The notes beneath the pieces were generated by a model. It saw only the letters and a program-made list of their open reading frames with translations. It was not told the origin of the DNA and ran no database searches. A DNA stretch of 64,000 nucleotides from Eledone cirrhosa (Eukaryota). The translations under genes were made by a program, and so were the position numbers. Shown here piece by piece: positions 27,770 to 41,857 of the stretch. The stretch spans positions 36,642,001-36,706,000 of the forward strand of contig OZ024746.1 of assembly GCA_964016885.1 (NCBI GenBank), written 5' to 3'. Each line of letters opens with the position of its first letter. Position 1 is the stretch's first letter.

Positions 27770-30657
27770 CGTTTCTGAATTTGTTTAGCAATATTCTTTA
27801 TCTCAAATCGTGTGTTGAAACCGATATTGTTATACTTTGGGAGGGTCATGTTGCCAATAAGAAACACACGCACCAGTTGCTTTCACTTCAATTTATTATT
27901 ATAATAAATTTAAAATAAATTTATAAATTTATAAATTTCTGGTTGGTTGGCTGGTTCCACAACCAGATAGTTGTGTATATATTGTCATAGTTCTTTCGTC
28001 ACACACTATGTGATCTCTTCAGTGACAGGGGATTCCTTTCTATATTTCTGTGCCTCTCCTTTGTTCTGTCCTACGCCATTTTGTTTCGGTGTGTGTGTGT
28101 TGTGTGCTCAGTCTGCGCATGCGCCGCATCCGGGTGTCTGTGTGTGTTTATATTCATTTATTTTTTTTGTTTGTTTACATGTTACTGGTTGGTTGTTTTT
28201 TCTATGTGTGTGTGGGTTTTCATTTTGTCCTTAATTGTAAGTTGGGATGTTGCTGTTCCACTCATATTTTTTATTTAATTTTGGTTGTAATTCTTTTATG
28301 ATTATTGCCTCTGTAATTTGTCTAAACATTGCGTCTTTTCTGTGTGTAGATTCTATTTTTATTTCTATGTTCTCTAATTTACCCTTGTGTTCTATTTTAG
28401 AATGTTGGTAGAGTACAGATAATTCTTTACTATCTTGAAGGTCTCGCCAGTGTTCATTTATCCGTTCCCCTACACTACGAGCTGTCTCACCTATGTACAC
28501 TATATTTTTGTCTCTACATTGTCCTTCAGTACATCTTATGCTATACACTACATTTCTAGTTTTACAGTTAATATGGGGGCTTATTTTACAGGTTGTACAT
28601 GGCTTATCTATACATGAGGGTCTTTGAAAAGGGTATGTCTTGCTAATAAGTGTTTTTACGGAGGTACCTGGACTTTCTACTATCTTAATATTGAGTTTAT
28701 GTTTATTTAGGGCCCTTCTAAATCTGTAAGCTAATTTACCTCTAGGGGTTGTATCGATGAACATTACACTCTGGTATTTATTGCTATCGTACCATGAGTT
28801 TATTCTATTAGCCTTGTTCCTAGTTCTTTCTATTCTATTCCAAAATTTGCTCCTATACAAGGGGCAGGTCCCATTTATGTAATTATTTACCATTTTTTTC
28901 CCATTTGGTTCTGGCTCCTCTATGCACTCTGATTTTATCTCTCTGATTGTAGCCAGAGAACTGCATACGGTGGATGAAGTGTTGTATGTGTCTCTCTAGT
29001 TCTTCGGGGTTGCACATGCGGGACACGTTTCTCATTACCCGTACCACATCCGCAATCAGTATGTTGATTTTGGTATGGGCCGAAACGGCCGTGTTTCGGT
29101 GGGTCAGATGTTTGGAAGTCATGGGTTTGGCATAATGGGAATGGAGGATTTGTTTTTTGTTATTAATGGTATCTAACCAGAGCTCTGTGTCTAGTAGAGG
29201 TAATCGATGGTTGGGGTGTTTACTTCGGTAGTTTATTGTAACTCTAATGCTCTGGTGGATGGAGTTAGCTATTTGCTGGATGCTTTCCATTGTATCTTTC
29301 TCTAGTTCCTGACTGTTCTCTAGTGGGGGTGTCTTTATACGATGTTTATATCATCAACGTAGCGGGAGTACATTATCAGGGTTAAGGGGTCTTCTAATTG
29401 TTCTTTAAGTTTAAGTTTAAGTCTACTGTCCCACCATACCATGAATAAGTTAGCTATATCGCCTGCAATGCTATCACCAATGGCTACTCCTTCCTCTTGG
29501 GCATATGTTTTTCCATTAAATTTGAACATATGTTCCTTAAGGGTTAGTTTTATGCTGGCCCCTACCGCATGTGCAATCATTTTCTTCAGTTCATCGTGGT
29601 TTTCGGGTGTCCGTATGTCTCTGGTCCACCGGTTCCATCTATCTCTGTGGGTTTTCTTGGCCATTGAGGTAATGGCAGGTGGTCTGCCTCTTGCTGGTCT
29701 TGTAGGGCACAGGTTGCTAAGGTCATATGTGTCTAGGAAATTATTACTATAGGTAAGTTTAAGTAGGAGTCCCAGCTCACTGGTATCAATCCCACGGAAC
29801 TCAACATTGCTCTCACTGATCATTTCTACGCATTTCTCTAAAGCAAAATCCACGTCAATAGATGGATACAGGGACACAACATCCATACTACCTATTATGC
29901 AGTTTGTTATGTCCCTAGATCGGTTACTCACGCCGATTCTGCTGAGGACGTCCTCGTGCTGTCACATACATCTGGGGACATTTCTATGATGGGGCGTATG
30001 ATCAGGGAGAGGAAGTAGGACAGTCTATAGTTACTAGCAATGTTAGCACCACAGACTGGCCGTGTTGGTGGTCCCGCAACAGGGTAACAGCCCGTTTTAT
30101 GGTCTTTTCGAAGCCCATACAACACCGGCACGCCATTGTTCCAGGCCTGGAAGTTGTTGGCAGTCCTTTTGTTGGGCTGCATTATATTCGTCCACATCAC
30201 CATATGGGCATTGAGGGCTTTTTCTCTATCCTCATGCTCCTGTGGTGTTACCTCTCTTGTGTTAGTGATGTGGGGTTGCATTGCCTGGATGTAATTTGGA
30301 AGGCTGTAAATCGACATTCTGCCAGACTTGTCTGTTGGAAAGCATGCTATCTCTCCATTACGTGAGCGCTGCATGATCTTACGCAAGACATTTGCAGATT
30401 TTTCTCCCAGTTGCTGGGCCCCCATTCTATTATGCTTCTTGCTATACTGTTCTATAATATTTCTAAGTACGGATCTAGCTATACTAAATTGTGCTTCTGT
30501 TTGTTCATCGACCTGCGACGGCAATTGCGTGCGTTTGTTAAATGGTAAAGTCGTGGCGTAGACTCGTCGCAGGTCGAAGGATTTATCGGAGGGATTATAA
30601 AAACTAGAGGTCCAGGCTGCTACTTTATGTGTACTAGTGCTATTGTTATTGTTAGTT
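27767..30657 (-). mobile_element. Penelope-like retroelement (possibly Neptune-like), left copy of a head-to-head pair; RT plus GIY-YIG, frameshifted
   Basis: ORF pieces 29928-30657 (PTDKSGR, GLRKDHK, PTRPV), 29335-29931 (DVVSLYPSI, QEEG.AIG, YVDD), 28883-29290, 28231-28893 (Cys cluster, NVVYSIRC, YIGET). Confidence 0.95.
27983..28027 (-). ncRNA. Minimal HHR in the pLTR
   Basis: Minus strand TGTCA-CTGAAGA-gaTCACA-tagtg-TGTGAc-GAAA-GAAC-TA-TGACA. Confidence 0.8.
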
Positions 30658-33333
30658 GCAGGTCGATGAACAAACAGAAGCACAATTTAGTATAGCTAGA
30701 TCCGAACTTAGAAATATTAGAGAACAGTATAGCAAGAAGCATAATAGAATGGAGGCCCAGCAACTGGGAGAAAAATCTGCAAATGGCTTGCGTAAGCTCA
30801 TGCAGCGCTCGCGTAATGGAGACATAGCATGCTGTCCAACAGACAAGTCTGGCAGAATGTCGGTTGACAGCCTGCCAAACTACATCCAGGCAATGCAACC
30901 CCACATCACTAACACAAGAGAGGTAACACCACAGGAGCATGAGGATAGAGAAAAATCCCTCAATGCCCATATGGTGATGTGGACGAATATAATGCAGCCC
31001 AACAAAAGGACTGCCAACAAATTCCAGGCCTGGAACAATGACGTGCCGGCGTTGTATGGGCTTCGAAAAGACCATAAAACGGGCTGTGACCCTGTCGCGG
31101 GACCACCAACACGGCCAGTCTGTGGAGCTAACATTGCTAGTAACTACAGACTGTCCTACTTCCTCTCCCTAATCATACGTCCCATCATAGAAATGTCCCC
31201 AGATGTATGTGACAGCACGGAGGACCTCCTCAGCAGAATCGGCGTGAGTAACCGATCTAGGGACCTAACAAATTGCATAATAGGTAGTATGGATGTTGTG
31301 TCCATGTATCCATCTATTGACGTGGATTTTGCTGTGGAGAAATGCGTAGAAATGATCAGTGAGAGCAATGTTGTGTTCCGTGGGATTGATACCAGTGAGC
31401 TGGGACTTCTACTTAAGCTTACCTATAGTAATAATTACCTAGACACATATGACCTTAGCAACCTGTGCCCTACAAGACCAGCAAGAGGCAGACCACCTAC
31501 CATTACCTCAATGGCCAAGAAAACCCACAGAGATAGATGGAACGGGTGGACCAGATCCATACGGACACCCGAAAACCACGATGAACTGAGGAAAATGACT
31601 GCTCATGCGGTAGGGGCCAGCATAAAACTAACCCTTAAGGAACATATGTTCAAATTTAATAGAAAAACATATGCCCAAGAGGAAGGAACAGCCATTGGTG
31701 TTAGCATTGCAGGCGCCATAGCTAACTTATTCATGGTATGGTGGGACAGTAGACTTAAACTTAAGCTTAAAGAACAATTAGAAGACCCCTTAACCCTGAT
31801 AATGTACTCCCGCTACGTTGATGATATAAACATCGTATAAAGACACCCCCACTAGAGGACAGTCAGGAACTAGAGAAAAACACAATGGTAAGCATCCATC
31901 AAATAGCTAACTCCATCCACCAGAGCATTAGAGTTACTATAGACTACCGAAGTAAACACCCCAACCATCGATTACCTGTACTATACACAGAGCTCTGGTT
32001 AGATACCATTAATAACAAAAAACAAATCCTCCATTCCCTTTATGCCAAACCCATGACTTCCAAACATCTGATCCACCGAAACTCGGCCGTTTCGGACCAT
32101 ACCAAAATCAACATACTGATTGTGGATTTGGTACGGGTGATGAGAAAAGTGTCCCGCATGTGCAACCCCGAAGAACTAGAGAGACACATACAATACTTCA
32201 TCCACCGTATGCAGTTCTCTGACTACAATCAGAGAGATAAAATCAGAGTTTATAGAGGAGCCAGAACAAAATGGGAAAAAATGGTAAATAATGACATAAA
32301 TGGGACCTGCCCCTTGTATAGGAGCAAATTTTGGAATAGAATAGAAATAACTAGGAACAACGCTAATAGAATAAACTCATGGTATTATAGCAATGAATAC
32401 CAGAGTGTAATGTTCATCGAGACAACCCTTAGAGGTGAATTAGCTTACAAATGTAGAAGGGCCCTAAATAAACATAAACTCAATATTAAGATAGTAGAAA
32501 GACCAGGTACCGCCGTAAAAACACTTATTAGCAAGACATACCCTTTTCAAAGACCCTCATGTATTGATAAGAAATGCATAACCTGTAAAATAAGCCCCCA
32601 TATTAACTGTAAAACTAGAAATGTAGTGTATAGCATAAGATGTACTGAAGGACAATGTAGAGACAAAAATATAGTGTACATAGGTGAGACAGCTCGTAGT
32701 GTAGGGACCGGATAAATGAACACTGGCGAGACCTTCAAGATAGTAAAGAATCATCTGTACTCTACCAACATGCTAAATTAGAACACAAGGGTAAATTAGA
32801 GAACATAGAAATAAAAATAGAATCTACACACAGAAAAGACGCAATGTTTAGGCAAATTACAGAGGCAATAAACATAAAATAATTACAACCAAAATTAAAT
32901 AGAAAATATGAGTTGAACAGCAACATCACAACTTACAATTAAGGACAAAATGAAAACACACACACACATAGAACAAACAACCAACCAGTAACATGTAAAC
33001 AAACAAATAAATAAATGAACATAAACACACACATACACCCGGATGTGGCGCATGCGCAGACTGAGCACACAACACCCACACAGAAACAAAATGGCGTAGG
33101 ACAGAACAAAGGAGAGGAAACAAAGAAAGGAATCCCCAGTCACTGAAGAGGTCACAGAGTGTGTGACGAAAGAACTATTACAATATATAAACAACTAACT
33201 GGTTGTGGAACCAGCCAACCAACCAGGAATTTATAAATTTATAAAGTTATTATAAATTTATTATAATAATAAATTGAAGTGAAAGCAACCGCTGCGTGTG
33301 TTTCTTATTGGCAACATGACCCTCCCAAAGTAT

Positions 33334-33340
<7 letters not shown>
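30658..33340 (+). mobile_element. Penelope-like retroelement, right inverted copy
   Basis: ORFs 30656-31840 (RT to YVDD) and 31885-32715 (thumb, GIY-YIG); frameshift at about 32706; closely mirrors the left copy. Confidence 0.95.
33138..33182 (+). ncRNA. Minimal HHR in the pLTR (right copy)
   Basis: GTCA-CTGAAGA-g-GTCACA-gagtg-TGTGAC-GAAA-GAAC-TA-ttac. Confidence 0.7.
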
Positions 33341-33408
<68 letters not shown>

Positions 33409-33674
33409 TGTGTATGTATGTGTGTGTTAGTGTATGTGTGTGTGTGTGTATATATATATATATACACACACAGAAACTAACACACACACAAGCACAAGCA
33501 TATAATTAACAAAATACAAAACTCGATGATATACGTATAAATGTATATGACAAAGAGAAATTTATATCGAGAAACGCAGAAAAATGCAATATAAAATATA
33601 TTTTATTCGTATTCTACATATTTGATATGTCATTGATAGAAAATAAATAGTAACATATACTTATATATATATAT

Positions 33675-34110
33675 TCCTCCTATTTTCGAGACAGTGTGGG
33701 ATTTTCTTTAGAACTGCTGGACTAACAACCTAGCAGCTCCCTCAAGCACTGATGGTGATTATCGCTAAATATCGATGTTGATTTGCTTGTCAATATTAAT
33801 ATTATTGGGCGCCACTGAAGAATTATAAGAGCCCACTTGAATAAGTATCTGTTGATCTTATACAAGCTTCTACATAAAGTGATATAATTTCACCCAACTT
33901 GTAGAAATCTTATAGTGGAATGAGACGTCCGTCTGGGAAGAGATATATTTGATATATCTCATATGAAATGATACAGCCAATTTTCCATACAATACAATTT
34001 GTTAGCACCCCGATCGTTTAATTAGGAATATACTCAGGTATTTCCTAATGTTTGTTGAGTGAGTTGGAATTTGGCCGCAGTATCGCTATTAGCTTTCTCC
34101 TATTATGTAT
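33675..34110 (+). mobile_element. Diverged relative of the 22.4-kb element
   Basis: ttgttagcacccc, cctaatgtttgttgagtgag and the HHR region align to the reverse complement of 22364-22790. Confidence 0.8.
33812..33936 (+). ncRNA. HHR with branched stem II (diverged; GAAA to GGAA)
   Basis: CCA-CTGAAGA-ATTATAAGA-[two hairpins]-TCTTATAGT-GGAA-tgaGACGTCcg-TC-TGG. Confidence 0.65.
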
Positions 34111-34128
34111 TTATATATATATATATAT

Positions 34129-34202
<74 letters not shown>

Positions 34203-35108
34203 AGACGAAAGGAAATGTGCTTATAGATGAAATAAATATTTTATTTTTCAACACTATTATTTTATTTAATGTCATTAAATTCTCTGCATAGTCAGATATT
34301 TTCCTTTCATCGGTTTTATAATATTTCAACCATCTTTCGTTTTAAGGGTATAAACATTTTTTTTTTCAAAATGTTACTTTAATTGGTTAAGGTTTTAATA
34401 TGTTTATATCACATTATCTGAAACATACTTGACCTCACATATCTATAAATAGAGAAGTAACTTTTACTATTCACAATTGTTTCATCGATCATTCGATTTT
34501 ATTCAAATTAAACATACAACATACAGAATATATGATGATTTTCAAATAAACAGCCGTCTATTTCGTTAATATATATCAGATAATGTACAGTCATAGCATA
34601 TCTTTATGATACGGCGAATCATTTCCAGGCCTACCACTATCGAATAGTATATATGGTAGCAATCATTTTTACACTATACGTTATGACTTCACATAACACT
34701 AAGGTCAAGTTTACCTATCGTCATTCCGAGATCCGTATAATGTATCAGTTGTGGCTTTATAAAGTGTTTGTTCTAATTTTCTGCAATAACTTTTCATTAT
34801 TTTTTTCCTTTTTCCTTTTTGATTGTAAATCTATTTTCATAGATTGCATATATATATTCATTCTCGCAGTATCCAATAAAATATATTTCAACTCATCTCT
34901 ATACATATATATCTTCAAATAATAATTTTCTTTCGTTGTTTCTAACAAAGACAGTGATATTGACCTATTATATCTAACGATAACAAGTGAATTGCTGTTA
35001 TTGAATAGTCCATATATCGATACTTTCATGCTCAATCATCATCCTGAAACGATTGTAAAATCATAAATTAATTACTCAATAAATCTCACCTTTTTGTTCC
35101 ATTGTTGA

Positions 35109-35169
<61 letters not shown>

Positions 35170-35846
35170 ATTGCTTTATTGTACTACAATAAAACTCACC
35201 TCCTACATATATATATATATATTAATTAAAATAACAGATTAAACTTTAAGCAAATAATCGCTGCTTTCACCCTTAACGGGATCTTCTGAAACTAAAAGAG
35301 TCAATCTGTGAACGCAGAAGTAAATATTTCAAAAAACGTTGCAAAGGAAGACAGGAAGATAGGAAGACGATACTTTGGTTTGTGAAACGTTCCCTGGCAA
35401 CGAACGGAAAAAACGAAGATAATACGTCATGATTTGGGGCGATAAAAACAATTGCACACAAAGACAAAACCACGTTTATGGTATAAATGAAGTCGTAGAG
35501 TAATATTCTATTAGGTGGTTCATGGAGACGTTCTCTGGCAATGAACGGAAAAAAACGAAGATAATACGTTATTATATGGAGCGGTGAGAACAATTAAACT
35601 CAAAGACAAAACCACGTAAATGGTAAAACTGAAGTCGTAGACTAAAATTCTATATAGGTAACCGAATGTTTCTCGGCTTCAGAGTTAAGAATAAAGTAAA
35701 TAAAATACAGAGGTAATTGAACTTAAATATATACATACACGCGTCCATAAATGTACGTACACAAGCATACGCGAGAACTCTCGCCATGGGGATGTAAATA
35801 TAAGCACGTACACAAAAAAAAATAATAAGGGAGAGAAAGATCTTAG

Positions 35847-36660
35847 CATTCTAACCATCCTGCCCGCATAACCAATAACCTGGTAAGAAACGTTTCTTTG
35901 AGGCTTTCCAGTCTATCTACAAACTAGCATCTTTTCAATGACCATTCCACATATTACAATGAAGCTCTTGCTCGGTGTGGATGTGTCGATAAGGTAGCTT
36001 ATACAGAGTACGAGAATAGACCTAGGAAAAATAAATCCTGACGCATTATATGGTATAACCCACCATATAATATGAAGTTGACCACACCATTAGATAAGAT
36101 CTTTCTCTCCCTTATTATTAAGCATTTCCCCCCAGCACATAAATATAGTAATATTTTTAAATGAAATACCATTAAAATGTCTTACTCTACGACTCCTAAC
36201 CTTGCACATAGCATCACAGCTACACATTTAGCTAAATTACATAGCCGCAGGAACACGTGCAACCCTGTAGCTAGTACTAACTGTAATTGTAGGAATCGGG
36301 TTGACTGCCCTCTATCCGGGAAATGCCTCTCTAGTAACATTGTCTACAAATGTAAGGTTGAAACACCCACGTCCCGTAGGGCCTACATAGTGTTAACCGC
36401 CATATAGATTCAAGCAGCGTCTTTACATGCATACCCGTTCTTTTCTTAACCCTTTAAGAAGGAATATGACGTCACTTTCAGCTTATATCTGGAGTCTAAA
36501 AGACAACCACACCCAATATAAATTATACTGGGAGATCCTAGCTAGGGCTAGATCGTATAATGGAAATAAAAGATCATGTGACCTGGAATTACTCTATGCC
36601 AAAGACCACATCTACAAGCAATTTCGGCTTGTAAACATAAATTGCACACATTTTTCCTTT
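35847..36660 (+). pseudogene. PLE thumb/GIY-YIG remnant (same clade as 46.8-47.9 kb)
   Basis: HSNHPARITNNLVRNVSLR, WYNPP, KHFP, SYSTTPN, CNC..CP..C..NIVYKC, AYI; stops and frameshifts. Confidence 0.9.
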
Positions 36661-37362
36661 ATTACAGCCCCACATTAACCCTAATGGATAGTACAAACTA
36701 TACGCGGATATTATACGTCTTCATGTGGTAGCTAAGTATATGTTATGTTTATACCATTACTTATTTGTATAGGCAAGTAAATAATACCTGTATGTTTTTT
36801 GAAGGTACATATACTTTCTCGTACGTATTTTTGCTTGTATATGTTATGGCTTATATATTATATATATATACTGGAACAAGTGCATTTGGTTATGTGTATA
36901 CGTGAGTTTTGCATCTGTATGTAGGGTGTGTGTATATGTGTACATTGTGTTTTGGTTGACGTAGGTAAGTGTTCGCGTGCGTTATATACGTATTTATGTA
37001 TATTATGTATACACGCACACACACACACACACATACTTTTTTATATATATTTTTATGTGCATTTGGTGTATACGTTCGTATGTTTGCGGGTACAGGCATT
37101 CCGTATGTGCGTGCGTGTTTTTTCTTTTGTGTACGTGCTTGTATTTGCATATCCATGGCGAGTGTTTTCGTGTATGCTTGTGTACGTACGTATACAGATG
37201 CGTGTATATATATATTTAATTTCAATTACGTCTTCATTTATTTCCGTTAATTGCCAGAGAACGTCTCCATGATCCAACTAATAGAATATTAGTCTATGAC
37301 TTCATTTATACCATAAACGTGGTTTTGTCATTATGTGTAATTGTTTTCACCGCACGAAATAA

Positions 37363-37482
37363 TTGTTTCTACTATTGGCACAAGGCCAGCAAAATACCCA
37401 GTACATTACTGGTACTTTATGTTATCGACCCCGTAAGGATGAACTCAGAATGGCAAGGGCCGTAACTCTATGCGTCAAAGCG
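37363..37482 (-). mobile_element. SINE inserted into the PLE arm
   Basis: gtttctactattggcacaaggccagc...ccccgtaaggatgaa; absent from the other arm. Confidence 0.8.
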
Positions 37483-37807
37483 ACGTATAATCTTCGTTTT
37501 TTTCCGTTCTTTGTCAGAGAATGTTTCACGAACCAAAGTATCGTCTTCCTGTCTTCCTTCGTTTGCGACGTTTTTTGAAATATTTACTTCTGCTTTCACA
37601 GATTGACCTTTTTAGTTTCAGAAGAACCCGTTAAGGGTGAAAGCAGCGATTATTTGCTTAAAATTTGACCTGTTATTTTAATAAATATTTGCTCTACGGT
37701 TCTTATATATCTGATATCTATTTATACTTATCGAGCCCTCTTTGGATTTTAGTTTTGAAATTTATTATTATTACTCTATATATATATATATACATATATA
37801 TATATAA

Positions 37808-38555
37808 ATATAACAGATTAAAGTTTAAGCCAAAGAATCGTTAACGGGATCTTCTGAAATTAAAAATATCAATCTTTCAACGCATAATTAAATATTTTGT
37901 TGCAACCGAAGGAAGACAGGAAGACAATACTTTGGTTCGTGGAAACGTTCCATGGCAAAGAACGAAACTAAAAAAATGTCATTATTTGGAGCGGTGAAAA
38001 CAATTACACGAAAATACAAAACCACGTTCATGGTATGAATGAAGTCTTAAACTAATATTCGGTGTTTCGTGGAGTCGTTCCCTGGCAATAAACTGAAAAA
38101 AACGAAGATAATACGTAATTATGTGGATCGATGGGAACAATTAGACGCAAAAGCAAAACCACGTATATGGTATAACTGATGTCGTCAACTAAAATTCTAT
38201 TTAGGAAATAGAATGATTCTCGGATTCAGAGTTAAGAATAATGTAAATAAATTACAGAGGTCATTGAAATCAATAATAATTAAATATAAGTATATAGATG
38301 TACGCATCCACATACGTACATACACATGCATAAGCGGAAACACCCGCCATGGGTATGCAAATACAGGCACGTACACAAAACCACGCAGCACACATACAAA
38401 AACCCACGCAACGTCTCTACCCCCAAACATACGAACGTATACACCAAATACACATAAGACATATTAAAATATATATATATATATAAAATATATATACATG
38501 CGTGTGTGTGTGTGTGTGCGCGTATACATATAATTAAATAAACGTATATAAAACC
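37808..38555 (-). mobile_element. Third, more diverged copy of the 35.2-kb pLTR
   Basis: ataacagattaaagtttaagc...ttaacgggatcttctgaaa; parallels 35230-35815 and inverts 36985-37680. Confidence 0.8.
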
Positions 38556-39509
38556 CTTACTTGTTTCACAATATTATATATGCAGAACATTTATAATATT
38601 TAACAAAATATTGTATATCTGTCACAAACTTCGTGCCTTATATAGACTGTTTTGAAAGTGTTTTTCTTGAAACTAAGCAAAAACGAGTTTTACATATGTT
38701 CGTGAATGCAGTGTTATGATTAATTGTTTTGTATTTCGAATTTGAATAGCAACTACACTTTTAAAGATGTTGGCAGCTGCAATGTTTATATTGTTTCTTT
38801 TATACGTGATATATAAGTTTAGATTTTATCCTTCAACATTTTTCTTTTGTCTGATAAAGATTTTGTTTGAATTTCTTAACAAAACATGTCTCCATCTTGT
38901 ATTTGTGGTATTGCCAACACATAGACGTAATGACAAGAATGTGTATGTTAGAGTTTCCAATATTTATCATGTATGGACGAGTTGTGTAGGATATCCTTAG
39001 ATAAAATGACTAGAGAAAATGATCAACAAATGCAAGACACCTTATTTAATTTATATTAAATTTGATATATTTCTGCGCGACCTTAGGTTGTGGGGTGCAG
39101 TTATGGCTACCAATGTGTTGCGTAGTAGTGGTTCAAAAACTGGCCTTTCGCCTTGCACCCGAAGAGAGAGGCAAGTTTTAGAACCTCTAGCTGTGGAAAC
39201 GACAGAAGCTCAGCCGTTGGGGTCCCGAATTTTTCATATTATTTTATACATATATGGATTTATATTTTATATATATATATATATGGATATATTGACAATA
39301 ATAATAATAGTTTCTGATTTAGGGACAAGGCCATGTGTGTGTGTGTGTCTGTGTGTGTGTGTGTCAGCTGTGCTAGAAGAAATAACATTCTAATTTTATT
39401 TTATAAATATATATTTGCATATATACATATATATATATGTGTGTGTATATTTATATATATATATATATGTATGTGTGTGTATGTATATGTATATATACAT
39501 ATGTATATG

Positions 39510-39791
39510 TTTCGTTTCTCAATTTGTTTAGCAGGATTCTTTCTCTGAAAACGTGTGTTGAAACCAATATTGTTATACTTTGGGAAGGCCATGTTGCCAA
39601 TAAGAAACACACGCACCAGTCGTTTCAATCCAATTTATTATAAATTAAATTTATAAGTTTAAGAATATATAAATTTCCAGAAATTTAAAAATTCTTAAAC
39701 TTATAAATTTAATTTATAATAAATTGGTGTGAAAGCATGGTGCGTGTATTTCTTATTGGCAACATGACCCTCCCAAAGTATAACAAGATAT
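39510..39791. mobile_element. Mini fold-back made of the 3' tail of the 27.8-33.3-kb PLE family
   Basis: ttgttatactttgggaaggccatgttgccaataagaaacacacgcacc is mirrored around about 39678; left tail matches 27767-27825. Confidence 0.9.
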
Positions 39792-39940
39792 GTATAAATA
39801 TGTATGTATATATATACTTAGGTTAATAGAAGTTAGGTATTGTATATATCGTCCCCTAATTTTGCTCTTTACTTTAATTACTCTTTGTTCTTGAATGTTT
39901 GGTTGGTAGAGTCCATAACACCAATGAAACCCCTTTTATA

Positions 39941-39985
39941 GCTCTGACGAATCCTACGGTTACGTAAGGAAGAAACATTGTAAGC
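39941..39985 (+). ncRNA. Solitary minimal type I HHR
   Basis: GCT-CTGACGA-aTCCTACG-gtta-CGTaAGGAa-GAAA-CA-t-TG-TA-AGC. Confidence 0.75.
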
Positions 39986-40031
39986 CAATAAAAATCTTTT
40001 GATGTTGTAGACGTTATTGTGTTCTTTATCA

Positions 40032-40093
<62 letters not shown>

Positions 40094-40114
40094 GTATAAA
40101 ATCAATACAATATT

Positions 40115-40192
40115 ATTACCTCATTACCAGAGGTTTCCCGAATGAGGCGAATACGAAATAAACGACTTCACTCGTTCGTCAGACGAGGCAAT
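40115..40192 (-). ncRNA. Type I HHR (left arm)
   Basis: Near-exact reverse complement of 41141-41218. Confidence 0.85.
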
Positions 40193-41000
40193 ATAAAACA
40201 TGGGCAAATACTTAGAAAAACACATCAAGCAAATCAAAAAAATATATAGATAAATGAAATAGAAATTGAAATATATAAAAATCTATCAAGAAAAATAGTT
40301 AGGTGTGTGTACGTGTATGCATATACGCTCATAGATGTGTATATATGTATATGTGCACGTGTAAATGTATGGTTAGAAAGTGTGCGTAATTATAAAAATA
40401 AAAGTTTAGGGCAAATGTATCTATATGTCTGTATTATGCAGACGGAAATGGTTACTTCGTAAAAATAAGAAAATAAAGTCGCGCGCATAAAAACGCCTGG
40501 ACACTCGTACATTTAGATACGGAAAGTAAGGAGATGAAGAGAGTATAATAAATAAAAGAAAAGTATCTATTACGATATATTGATAAAAATATAGTAACGA
40601 TAAATTAGAAAGACAAGATAGAAAGAAAAAATTAAAGAAAACAAAAAAGGCGGGGGTTCATACATACACAGACACGCGTGTCTCACAAAAGAAATGTAAA
40701 AATAATTATGCTTATATACACACACGCGCTTACACTTCCATACGTTCGATACGTACATAGAGACACACACACACATACTTATACTCGCGCATATAAACCT
40801 GTTTGCATGCCCATGTATGAAACTGGGTAAATAACAAAAGAGGGAAGGCGGGGGGGGGGGGGGGGAGAAGAAAAAAGAAAGAAACAAAAAAATATAAAAC
40901 CGAAATGTCAAAAACACGGATATAAAGACACTTACACATACGCATAATATACACACACGCACACACACAAACACCAGTACACACACGCATACATACACGT

Positions 41001-41069
<69 letters not shown>

Positions 41070-41140
41070 CATGCACGCACGCGCGCGCACATACGTAGTC
41101 ACTCATGTACATATATTAAAAAAAAAATATATATATATAT

Positions 41141-41218
41141 ATTGCCTCGTCTGACGAACGAGTGAAGTCGTTTAATTCGTATTCGCCTCATTCGGGAAAC
41201 CTCTGGTAATGAGGTAAT
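41141..41218 (+). ncRNA. Type I HHR with 10-bp stem I
   Basis: ATTGCCTCGT-CTGACGA-aCGAGTGA...TCATTCGg-GAAA-CC-tct-GG-TA-ATGAGGTAAT. Confidence 0.85.
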
Positions 41219-41317
41219 CATATTGTATTTATTTTATACATTAAATTTTGCTCTGATACTGACATAGAGCACTCTTCATTTCTATGACCTTTTCTGTTTC
41301 TAACTGAAATTTCAATA

Positions 41318-41857
<540 letters not shown>

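Larger units (their letters stand above)
35222..37777 (+). mobile_element. Decayed 5'-truncated PLE with inverted pLTR copy
   Basis: 35228-35815 is the inverse of about 37125-37685; right tail to 37777; coding remnant inside. Confidence 0.85.
40091..41320. mobile_element. Fold-back element whose about 105-bp arms are essentially one HHR each
   Basis: 40091-40196 is the inverse of 41137-41242; right tail to 41320; low-complexity interior. Confidence 0.85.
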
